A DNA stretch of 64,000 nt, taken from Candidatus Marinacidobacterales bacterium. GTDB taxonomy: Bacteria; Acidobacteriota; Vicinamibacteria; Marinacidobacterales; SMYC01. A model generated the notes under the pieces. The model saw only the letters and a program-made list of their open reading frames with translations, did no database searches and had not been told where the DNA came from. The position numbers and the translations under genes were made by a program. Positions within the stretch are counted from its first letter, which is position 1; every line of letters begins with the position of its first letter. The DNA lies in the NCBI GenBank assembly GCA_965224085.1, contig CBDCYI010000005.1, positions 352,001 to 416,000 of the forward strand, given 5' to 3'. Of this stretch, positions 10,005 to 19,119 are shown one piece after another.

Positions 10005-12007
10005 CCCATGTTTACCCTTTATGGGCACCCTAACGCTCGTAAGTGACTGAATTCAAAGGAACGGGGGTTGAATTTTGCCCAAAACGTAGAGACAGATATT
10101 GTGCTTTGAGCGCCATTAATACGTTGTAATCGTGGACAATGATATGTAGTATGCGTGAGGACAGGTTATGTTCTTCCGCATCGTTCGGGCCGCAGGCGGC
10201 AAAGGGGTTCAACATGAGTATGTCCGCCTGGTCGAGTCGTATCGGGAGCACGGCAAGCCGAAGCAACGCGTAGTGTGCAACTTGGGGCGCAAGGATCTCC
10301 TAGTTGCCAATCTCGACTCCCTCAATCGGTTGCTTGGGGCCGGTGAACCGGCCGACACCGAGCGAGCAGCCGAGCAGATCGCGGGGGCAGACGCGTGGGA
10401 TTGGGGTCCGATGGTGGTGACGGCGACGCTGTGGCGCGAGCTCGGACTGGAGCAGATTCTCGACCGGCTCGGAGGCCGCGGCAAGCGCGACGGAGTGGCG
10501 CTAAGCGAGCGAGCTTTGGTGCTGGTCGCCAACCGGCTATGTGCTCCGTCAAGCGAGCACGGTCTGGCGCGCTGGCTCGAGACCGACTTCGTCTGCGACC
10601 GGCAGGGGCGGCGGTGGGTGCCGCAGTGGCGCGATGATGGGGAGCGGCGAGCGAGTCGCTCCCCGCGGGTTCGCGTGGAGTTTCGCCAACTCAAGCAATG
10701 GTACCGAACGCTCGACCAGCTGCATGCCCGCAAAGAACAGATCGAGAAAGAGCTGTTTTTGCGCTTGCGGGATCTGTTTTCGCTTGAGGTTGACATGGTG
10801 TTTTACGACCTGACGTCGACGTACTTCGAAGGTCAAGGCCCTCCGGGGCTCGGCGCCCACGGCTACAGTCGCGACCGCAGACCGCGTAACCGGCAAGTGC
10901 TTGTCGGTCTGGTGATGGTGGACGGTTGGCCGATCGCCCACCATGTTTTCGCCGGCAACTGGCGTGACGCGAAAACGGTGCCGCAGGTGCTCAACGATCT
11001 CAACGAACGATTCGGTTTGCACCGCGTGGTTTTTGTCGGCGACCGAGGGATGGTAACGAGCGACAGCCTGGCGGTGGTGCGCTCGCGCAAGCAGGGCTAT
11101 CTCGTCGGGCTGCAAAGACGACGGCGCGAGGAGGTCTATCGTTACATCGAGCGCGCCAGCGGAGAGTGGATCGACTGCCCTGGTGGCATCACGGTGAGCG
11201 AAAAAGCCGAGCCACCTAAGACTCGTGTGCAAGAAGTCCGCTCCGAGCAGTCTGGCGTGCGCATCTTCGTCGTTCACAGCGACGAAAGGCTCGCCTACGA
11301 GCGCGGGCAGAGGCTGCGGGCCATGGGACGTGCCCGTGCGGCATTCGAGGCCCTCGAGCGCCGCGTGCGCGAGGGACGATTGAAAGCCCCCGAGAAAATC
11401 GGTGCCGCCGCCGCGCGCATACAGGCACGCCACCACGGTCACCGTTACTACGACTGGGAGTACAAAAACGCTCGCTTCCGCTTCTTCGAGCACCCGGTCA
11501 ACCTCAAGCGCGAGCAAGCCTACGAGGGTAAGTACGTTATTCAAACCGAGGAGCAAAACCTCTCTCCGGTCGACGCCGTGCGCCTTTACAAGGACCTAAA
11601 CGAGGTCGAGCGAGCCTTCTCATGCCTTAAGGATGTCATTGAGATGCGTCCCGTTTACCACCAGACCGATGAGCGTGTGGAGGCACATCTTTTCGTAGCT
11701 ACGCTGGCCTTCCTTGTGCATCGGGCTCTTGAGAAAAAGCTCAAGGTCGCCGAACTCGACCTGTCCGCAACCGAGGCACTACAAGCGCTACGCTCGGTCC
11801 GGCTCGTCGACTTACAGCTGGGTTCTGGGCGGACCAAGCGCGTCGTCACGCGCGGCACCGCTCGCGCCAACTCGATCCTGACTGCACTCGGAATCGTTGA
11901 ACGCGACCCGCCAGCCTTCTCCGAGGAGGTGCTGTCAGCGTAGAGACAAACCGCGGATCTCAGTCCTTTGTTTATGATGACTTAGAGACCTAAAAGGGAA
12001 ACATGGG
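10005..12007 (+). mobile_element. IS1634-family insertion sequence
   Basis: Terminal inverted repeats CCCATGTTT(A)CCCTTTTA, flanked by CTAG at 10001-10004 and 12008-12011. Confidence 0.88.
10168..11943 (+). CDS. IS1634-family transposase
   Basis: YVRLVESYR N-terminus, FYDLTSTYFEG, GYSRD, VGDRGM, YKDLNEVERAF, RPVYH. Confidence 0.93.
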   Translation: MFFRIVRAAGGKGVQHEYVRLVESYREHGKPKQRVVCNLGRKDLLVANLDSLNRLLGAGEPADTERAAEQIAGADAWDWGPMVVTATLWRELGLEQILDRLGGRGKRDGVALSERALVLVANRLCAPSSEHGLARWLETDFVCDRQGRRWVPQWRDDGERRASRSPRVRVEFRQLKQWYRTLDQLHARKEQIEKELFLRLRDLFSLEVDMVFYDLTSTYFEGQGPPGLGAHGYSRDRRPRNRQVLVGLVMVDGWPIAHHVFAGNWRDAKTVPQVLNDLNERFGLHRVVFVGDRGMVTSDSLAVVRSRKQGYLVGLQRRRREEVYRYIERASGEWIDCPGGITVSEKAEPPKTRVQEVRSEQSGVRIFVVHSDERLAYERGQRLRAMGRARAAFEALERRVREGRLKAPEKIGAAAARIQARHHGHRYYDWEYKNARFRFFEHPVNLKREQAYEGKYVIQTEEQNLSPVDAVRLYKDLNEVERAFSCLKDVIEMRPVYHQTDERVEAHLFVATLAFLVHRALEKKLKVAELDLSATEALQALRSVRLVDLQLGSGRTKRVVTRGTARANSILTALGIVERDPPAFSEEVLSA

Positions 12008-12201
12008 CTAGGGGACGGAGATTTGGCAGTCGCCACGAGCGTCCCGCAACCGATGGTCTTGTGGATTAATTGCTTTACGCACAGCACATTGGGTATGGTC
12101 GTCTCCAGAGAGACGGCTCTGCACAACGTCCCCTACCGATTCCGTCCAAAAACCTGGATCGGTAACGCCTGCCTCCGGCGGGCGAGATCGGGTAAAACGT
12201 C

Positions 12202-15200
12202 CTATCTGGCCGGCAGCGAAAGCGCCTCGTAGTCTTCGAAGAGAGGGAGGCCGGCAGCTTCGACAGCTTCTTGGTAGGCCCGCATGTCTTCGCCGAAGAA
12301 GCGATTGACCTCGGTCAACACTTGTCGGAGCTTGGTCTCAGAATGGCGCAGATAGATTCGCTGGGCTTCGGTGGGCGCTTCCCAACTAGATTGAATCGAT
12401 CGATACACCGAGCGGAGGCGCACACTGACGAGATCCGGATCCGGCCGATTCCCCTGAATCTCGGGTGCGTTGATAAGCTCGACTATCTCCTCGATGGAAA
12501 CTTTGATCGTCTTCTCCTGCCGGTGGATCTCCTGTAGCGCGGGATTCTCTTGGCCCGAGATGCGCTTCGAAATCCTCTCGACCGCTTCTTGGGTGTCGCG
12601 AAGATGGTCCACCGCTTTGGCCGCAACTTCGAGCTGCCGACCGACTCTCAGGATCATCTCTTCTTTAGCGCGCATATCCGCCGCTGAAATTTCCGAACGT
12701 GGATCGGGTAAAACCTCGACCGACTTCGTCTGTTGCTGATCGCCGTAACGGACACGCAACGTGTACGTACCCGGCAGCACCAGAGGACCGGCCGCTTCCT
12801 CGGCGTCGGGACCCGGTGGATCGGCTGAGGGGCTGCGGAATGCTTTTCGTTTGAGTCCCCAAGACGTCCGATTGACGCCGGGCTCGGCCGGCCCCTTTCG
12901 CGTTCGAATGACCTCACCGTCCTTGAGAATCTCCAGAACAACTTCGTCTTTGGCTTCCGATTCCTCGGTCTCCAGAGGATTGACCACGTAGGTGATCAGA
13001 GCCCCGTAGGGCCGGTTCTCACCTTGAAACTCAGCATGGCCCGGTCCGCGCAGTCCCTTGGTCTCCTTGACGACATACTGGATGGCCTCGGGCACCTCGA
13101 ACAGATGTAGCCGCTGGTCGAGGATGTCGGCGCCGCTCCGGGCCAGCGCTCGGAGTGGACGAATGTCGTCCAGCACGTAAATCGCGCGGCCGTGGGTTGC
13201 CACCACGAGGTCGTGATCCCTCGGGTGAACGATCATGTCCTTCGCCGAGGCGGTGGGAAACCCGTGCGTCCACTTGGTCCAGTGTGCTCCGCCATCGATA
13301 CTCACGTACAGACCGAACTCCGTTCCGAGAAACAGGAGATTTCGCTCGACCGGATCCTGTTCGATGACGAGAGCGTAGCCTGAGAGCTCATCCGTGGCCA
13401 GACTCCGCCAAGTTCGACCGAAATCGGACGTCTGGTAAACGTAGGGCGTCCAGTCGCTTCTACGGTGGTTGTCGAATACGAGGAACGCTTCCCCGCTCTC
13501 GAACGTCGAAGCCTCGATGTGAGGAATCCAGGTATTGCGAGGCACACCCTGGATGTTTTCGATGACGTTGGTCCAGGTTTGGCCACCGTCCCTGGTAAGC
13601 TGAACGTTCCCGTCATCCGTGCCCACCCAAATGACGCCGCGCTCCACGGGTGACGGAGCAATGGTCATGATGGTGGTGTGGTTTTCAGCGTTGGAAACGT
13701 CGATGGTGAGCCCTCCGCTGTCCAACTGCATCTGTTTTTCCGGGTCGTTGGTCGTGAGGTCGGGGCTGATGACCTCCCAACTGTCACCCCTGTCGGTGCT
13801 ACGGTGGACGAACTGGCTCCCGTAGTAGACCGTCTTCGTCTCGAAAGGCTCGGCGGCGATCGCCGCGTTCCAGTTGAAGCGCAAATGTACGTCCTCGGCG
13901 TGCGCCGGCCGGATGCTTTTCCTTTCGCCGGTTACCAGATCATAGCGAACCAAGTTGCCACCCTGTGACATGGCGTATCCATAGCGCGGGTCACTCGCGT
14001 CGGGCAGCACCTCGAACCCGTCCCCCGTATTCAACCGGTCCCAGTAGTAGTTGAAGATCCCTCTGAGCGACCACGACTGGCTCGGGCCGCGCCAGCAGCC
14101 GCTGTCCTGCACGCCGCCGTAGACGTTGTAGGGCGTATCCATATCCACGTTGACGTGGTAAAACTGGGCCAGAGGAAGGTTCTGGACGAACCGCCACCGC
14201 TCTCCCCCATCGCGGGTTATCGCCAATCCGCCGTCGTTTCCCGAGACCATGAACAAGGGATTCTCGGGGTGAATCCACAGATCCTGATAGTCGCCGTGAA
14301 TCGTCGCGGAAGGAACGACGCTCTGGAAGGACTTCCCCGCATCCTCGCTCATCATGAGCCGACCGTGCAGCGTGTAGATGCGGTTCTCGTTGTGCGGATC
14401 CACTCGGATGTCGGCATAATAAAAGGGGCGCGGATGGACGTCGTCCGAATCATTGATCAGGCTCCATTCGTATCCACCATCGTCCGAGCGATAAAGAGCG
14501 TTCTTCTCCGCCTCGACCAAGGCGTAGACGACTTGCGGACGACTACGGGAGATGGCCAGTCCGGTACGCCCCAGGTCCCCTTCGGGCAAACCGTCTTCAT
14601 GGGTCCGTTGTGTCCAGGTTTTGCCGCCATCGACCGTCAGGTGAATACCGGAGCCCGGTCCCCCCGACTTGAAAAACCATGGCCAGCGACGGTATTCCCA
14701 CATGGCGGCGATTAGCTTTTGGGGATTGGTTGGATCCATGACCAGATCCGCCGCCCCCGTCTTCTCGTCAACATAGAGGACCTTGTCCCATGTCTGACCA
14801 CCGTCGCTGGTCTTGAAGACGCCTCGCTCAGGATTCTCATCCCAGGTTTTTCCCATGGCCGCCACATAGACGGTGTCCGGGTGGTGCGGATCGATCCGGA
14901 TACGGGCAATACGTTCGGTTTCATCTAGACCGACGTGAGCCCATGTTCTTCCACCATCGGTGCTCTTGTAGACACCGTTTCCGACCGAGGCGGTGTTGCG
15001 CGGATTTCCCTCTCCCGTCCCCACCCAGACGACATCCGAATTGCTGGGATCGACGGCAATGGCGCCGATCGAATGGACCGGCTGATCGTCGAAAACCGGC
15101 TGCCAGGTGATGCCTCCGTTGATGGATTTCCAAACCCCGCCGCTGGCCCCTCCCACGTAGAGCAGGTCCGAGTCGGTGGCCACGCCCACGATAGCGCCGA

Positions 15201-15402
15201 TGCGACCACTCATGCTCGCCGGGCCAATCGAGCGTGCCTTCATCCCGGCAAGCTTCGCGCCCTTCACTTGGGCCAGGGCGGGTGTTGCACCGATGAGCAA
15301 CATGAACGCAAGCGAGATTGGCCACCGCCGCGCGGTGAGGGGTTGTTTGTGATGAGCTGAAGGGAAGTGCTTTCGTTTTAGATGACCCGATCGATCCGTC
15401 AC
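12202..15402 (-). CDS. Exported VPS10/sortilin-like BNR-repeat protein (often annotated glycosyl hydrolase)
   Basis: Signal peptide, RSIGPASMSGRI, many SxDGGxTW repeats, C-terminal beta-sandwich and helical tail. Confidence 0.88.
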   Translation of the reverse strand: MTDRSGHLKRKHFPSAHHKQPLTARRWPISLAFMLLIGATPALAQVKGAKLAGMKARSIGPASMSGRIGAIVGVATDSDLLYVGGASGGVWKSINGGITWQPVFDDQPVHSIGAIAVDPSNSDVVWVGTGEGNPRNTASVGNGVYKSTDGGRTWAHVGLDETERIARIRIDPHHPDTVYVAAMGKTWDENPERGVFKTSDGGQTWDKVLYVDEKTGAADLVMDPTNPQKLIAAMWEYRRWPWFFKSGGPGSGIHLTVDGGKTWTQRTHEDGLPEGDLGRTGLAISRSRPQVVYALVEAEKNALYRSDDGGYEWSLINDSDDVHPRPFYYADIRVDPHNENRIYTLHGRLMMSEDAGKSFQSVVPSATIHGDYQDLWIHPENPLFMVSGNDGGLAITRDGGERWRFVQNLPLAQFYHVNVDMDTPYNVYGGVQDSGCWRGPSQSWSLRGIFNYYWDRLNTGDGFEVLPDASDPRYGYAMSQGGNLVRYDLVTGERKSIRPAHAEDVHLRFNWNAAIAAEPFETKTVYYGSQFVHRSTDRGDSWEVISPDLTTNDPEKQMQLDSGGLTIDVSNAENHTTIMTIAPSPVERGVIWVGTDDGNVQLTRDGGQTWTNVIENIQGVPRNTWIPHIEASTFESGEAFLVFDNHRRSDWTPYVYQTSDFGRTWRSLATDELSGYALVIEQDPVERNLLFLGTEFGLYVSIDGGAHWTKWTHGFPTASAKDMIVHPRDHDLVVATHGRAIYVLDDIRPLRALARSGADILDQRLHLFEVPEAIQYVVKETKGLRGPGHAEFQGENRPYGALITYVVNPLETEESEAKDEVVLEILKDGEVIRTRKGPAEPGVNRTSWGLKRKAFRSPSADPPGPDAEEAAGPLVLPGTYTLRVRYGDQQQTKSVEVLPDPRSEISAADMRAKEEMILRVGRQLEVAAKAVDHLRDTQEAVERISKRISGQENPALQEIHRQEKTIKVSIEEIVELINAPEIQGNRPDPDLVSVRLRSVYRSIQSSWEAPTEAQRIYLRHSETKLRQVLTEVNRFFGEDMRAYQEAVEAAGLPLFEDYEALSLPAR

Positions 15403-15417
15403 GATCTTTCCTCCGAT

Positions 15418-17574
15418 CTACGGCGAGGACGTCCTTCTGTCAACCGCCTCCGGTACCTTCTCCCACTCGTATTCCCGTCCCATGGCGTATTTCTCGAACC
15501 ACTCTAACTCTGCGTTCATCTTGAATAGGCGGTGGCGAAGCTCTCGCCAGCCGTGTGGCTCACGAGGCGCGATGTAGAGCCGGGTGGGAACGCCGTTGAA
15601 TTCGAGTGCGCGGTAGAGCTCGATCGACTGCTCGGGAGGCACCCGAACGTCGTTCTCCCCTACGAAGATGATAGTGGGCGTCTTGACATTGGAGATGTAG
15701 CTGAGCGGCGATTGCTCCCAGAAGTTATCACTGGGGGGATCCTTCTGCCACGGAGACCCCCCCAGCCAGTCATCTCGGAAGTGGCGGATGTCGCTTTGTG
15801 AATAGAAAGAGATCCAGTTCACCACGCCGGCCCCGGAGGAGGCTGCCTTGAAACGGTCGGTGAAGGTGATGATTTTGTTGGTCATGAAGCCCCCCGCGCT
15901 CCATCCTCTCTTGATCAAGCGATCGGGGTCGGCGATGCCCAACTTGATGACGTGGTCCAAGCCCGCCATCACGTCCAGGTGCGAGTTGTTGAAGTAGCGC
16001 CCGATCATGTCGCGCTGGAACGCGTCTCCGTATCCGCCGCTGCCACGATAGTTGGTTCTCAGCACGGCATAACCTCGGGCGGCAAGCACCTGAATGTAGT
16101 TGCTCCACCGCCCAAAGCCGAACTGATCGGAGTTCGCCATGCCGCCGTGCGACTGCACCACGAGGGGATAAGCATTTCCCTCCTCGTAATTCAGAGGATA
16201 GTCAAGCAACCCCTCGACCGTTACGCCATCGACGCCTTTCCATTCGACCTTCTCTTGCCGAGGTAGCTCGAAATCGCGCGCGAGATAATCGAAAACGTGC
16301 GTCACTCGACTCGGCGATGCCTCGCTCTCGCCCACCGGTAGCAGCGAGACGTCACCGGGGTTGTCCGGCTGGGCAAGGGTCAGCACGTGCCGCTCGGAAG
16401 AGAGTGCGAGTGTCCATGACCGAATCGTATGCTTCCCATCAGTGATCTGTCGTAGCTCTTCGGTGGCCAAGTCGAGCTCAAACAGCTCATTGCGCACGCC
16501 CATGTTTGCCAAGAGAAAGATGGAATCTCCTTTCTCCGACCAGCGGGCCGCTCGAAGCTCATAAGGTAGGTCAGGAAGCAAGAGCCGTGCCTCTCCACCC
16601 GAGGCGGGGATCAGGAACAGGCTACTCTTGTAGTAGTAGTCGAACTGCTGGTTGGCCTTCGCCAGGAACAGAACTTGCGCGTTGTCCGGGGAGAGCTCGG
16701 CTCCTCCGGCGCCGCAGCAGGAAGAGCTCTCGGGCACTTCGTTGCGGGTGAGCTGGAGCGCGTTTTGTCCATCTGCGTCCATTACCCAGACTTCGCTCCG
16801 GTGCGGATCCTCGTAAAGCGGGGTGGGTCCGCGGTGATGGGCGATCTTCTTCCCGTCGCGGGAGAGTTGGTAACTGAGCACCGAGTAGTCTCCCTCGGTA
16901 ACCCGCTCGACCGCCCCTTCGGGAACAGTCACCTTCCACAGGTGCCACTGCTTGTAGTTCCTGTTGAACGCAAAGACATCATCTGCCAAAGCGGCGCGCT
17001 GTTTTTCTTCGTCACTCGGCGCATCGGGAGCGAGGAAGTAGATCGCGGTGCTATCCGGCGCCCACGTGATGTTCGACACCGAGGGGGAGCGTGCCGCCAC
17101 CCATCCGGAAACCGAGAGCAAGGAAGGCCTCGGCGACGCGACCTCCAGGTCGGTGATGGGCTCGGCCTCCGGGCCCCCAAGAAGTCTCTCCACGAAAGTG
17201 GGCGGTTCCAAACTCTTGAGATAGATCTGGGGTTGTTTGGATTCCTCGGGTCTGGCCAGATAAGCGATCCATTTTCCGTCGGGAGACCAACGAGGGCTCG
17301 ATCCCGAGCGGCTGGTCAACTGGACCGGTGCCGAGCCATCCACGTTTGCCCGCCAAATGTGACGGGAATAGCCGTTGGCGTCCCAGTCGACTTCCCCCAA
17401 AACGTAGAGCAGTTCCTGGCCGTCGGGCGAAAGCTGAGCGTCGCTCAAGGACGGAACTTCCAGCAGATCGACCATGGTCATCGGTCGTTTAGCCTGCGCA
17501 AGCGCTGCCGAGCTCCCCAGGAGGACGAGGCCAAGCCCCCATCCGAGAAGGGTCAATCGCGGTTTGTTTTTCAT
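15418..17574 (-). CDS. S9 family peptidase with beta-propeller, exported
   Basis: Signal peptide, WSPDG repeats, GWSAGG, ENDVRVP, EPHGW. Confidence 0.93.
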   Translation of the reverse strand: MKNKPRLTLLGWGLGLVLLGSSAALAQAKRPMTMVDLLEVPSLSDAQLSPDGQELLYVLGEVDWDANGYSRHIWRANVDGSAPVQLTSRSGSSPRWSPDGKWIAYLARPEESKQPQIYLKSLEPPTFVERLLGGPEAEPITDLEVASPRPSLLSVSGWVAARSPSVSNITWAPDSTAIYFLAPDAPSDEEKQRAALADDVFAFNRNYKQWHLWKVTVPEGAVERVTEGDYSVLSYQLSRDGKKIAHHRGPTPLYEDPHRSEVWVMDADGQNALQLTRNEVPESSSCCGAGGAELSPDNAQVLFLAKANQQFDYYYKSSLFLIPASGGEARLLLPDLPYELRAARWSEKGDSIFLLANMGVRNELFELDLATEELRQITDGKHTIRSWTLALSSERHVLTLAQPDNPGDVSLLPVGESEASPSRVTHVFDYLARDFELPRQEKVEWKGVDGVTVEGLLDYPLNYEEGNAYPLVVQSHGGMANSDQFGFGRWSNYIQVLAARGYAVLRTNYRGSGGYGDAFQRDMIGRYFNNSHLDVMAGLDHVIKLGIADPDRLIKRGWSAGGFMTNKIITFTDRFKAASSGAGVVNWISFYSQSDIRHFRDDWLGGSPWQKDPPSDNFWEQSPLSYISNVKTPTIIFVGENDVRVPPEQSIELYRALEFNGVPTRLYIAPREPHGWRELRHRLFKMNAELEWFEKYAMGREYEWEKVPEAVDRRTSSP

Positions 17575-17660
17575 TGCGCTCTCCTTAGATTATGAACTTG
17601 TCTGGCTGTTACCTAGCCCCTTCTACCGAGGAATCGCGCGTCGACAACCCCTACAAAACG

Positions 17661-18497
17661 CTACTTCGAGAGGGCACTGCGCATCCGTTTGAGCCTCTCG
17701 TTCAGCTCGTTCCGCAAAATCCCGAAGTCCCAGCCCAGGCTAATCAGCTTGTAACCGGCGTCGACCTTGGCTTTGACGTTGGATGCGTTCGCGTTCGTCC
17801 CGGAGATGACGCCTTGCTCGAGACACATCTGATGTATTCGCTGAGCATCCTGCTCCGAGATGTGTACGGTATGCACGGCCGACAGACCGGGAGTCTCGAC
17901 GATTTCCTTTGCGTTACGGACCCCTTCCTCGGACTCGATCATCGCGACCAGCAACATCTCTCCCTTGGGGTTGAGCGGCCACAGGTCTCGGCGTTCTTTT
18001 GGGATGTTCACGCCTGCCATCGTAGAAGTTTCCGCGTCACGGATTGCGGAGATCGCTCTCTCCACGTCGGCCCGGCTTTCCACAAAGGGGAGCCACATGC
18101 CCATCGACGGACCCACCTTGAGTGAAGTGGCGATTTCGTAACGCGGATCCCACATGCCGCGGTGGCCCAGTTTGATCAGGACGACCGGCGCGGGTCTCGG
18201 CTGGGTCCGATAGCGGTGGCTGAAGTCCTGAACCTCGAGAAGGAACCGATGCAAGGCGTTGAAATCGTAAATATCGTGCTCTACATCGGCGACGATGAAG
18301 TCCAGATCGCTGGTTGCGTGCACTTTCGCAATCCGCGGCGCGGAAAGCGCGCCCGTCCAGACGCCGATCACGGGCTTGCCAGCCTCGAGAAGCGAAATAA
18401 GGGGATTGGCATGGTCATCGGCGGCAGAGGCATTCGCCAAGATCCCCAAGGAAAAAGTCAGCAACAACCCTCGCGTTAGGTTCGTCTTCGGCTTCAT
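17661..18497 (-). CDS. HpcH/HpaI aldolase/citrate lyase-fold protein with signal peptide
   Basis: GAGGAG RBS, MKPKT...ANASA signal, DFIVADVEH and AMIESEEGVRN motifs. Confidence 0.75.
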   Translation of the reverse strand: MKPKTNLTRGLLLTFSLGILANASAADDHANPLISLLEAGKPVIGVWTGALSAPRIAKVHATSDLDFIVADVEHDIYDFNALHRFLLEVQDFSHRYRTQPRPAPVVLIKLGHRGMWDPRYEIATSLKVGPSMGMWLPFVESRADVERAISAIRDAETSTMAGVNIPKERRDLWPLNPKGEMLLVAMIESEEGVRNAKEIVETPGLSAVHTVHISEQDAQRIHQMCLEQGVISGTNANASNVKAKVDAGYKLISLGWDFGILRNELNERLKRMRSALSK

Positions 18498-19119
18498 CTG
18501 CACTCCTCCTCGATTTATTGTGTGCGGAGGCCTGACTTGTAACCGTGGCGAAGGGCTCGGATCAGGCACTCATCGCCGCGCTCGCTTGTTCGACCGCACG
18601 CCTACCGGCTGAGGCGATTGAGAATGTGGGACACGGTTTCTGCGTGCTGGGCCATAGGCCGACTCTGCGAGATAGTGCCTGCCTTCCTGCACTGGTCAAT
18701 CAGACCCTCGGTAACCTACCGCCTCCTATGAGACGAGTCCAATCGATAATTCTTTTGAAGCTATAACGCATAGTGATTGTCATTGGGAGTCATTTCCTGG
18801 AATGCTTGGGTGGAGACTATGGGCAAACACAGCAGAAGCGGCAGGCCGGTCATCGCTCCGTACATGGTTTTTTGTTTGACCGATTTCACATTTACGAAGC
18901 ATTACACCGGATTGACACGGAATTGAAGCTCTTCCGACTGCCCAGAGAGGCGTGTCCGATGGCTTTAATACTTAAGGAACAGGAGGCTGAACCGGTGCAG
19001 CAGTTTTCCGCTGGCACGGAGCCGGGCCGGGCCCCCTCGGCATTGATGGAAGCTCGGGGAGGGGGGAGCATGGGTCACCCCTTCAGTCGCAACGACCAAA
19101 CCATTGAATGGAGGTTGTC

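Noticed and set aside
18570-19110. Small ORFs between the aldolase-like gene and the S9 peptidase
   Set aside because: No RBS or family motif. A short signal-peptide-like stretch on minus ends quickly in a stop, too weak to call.
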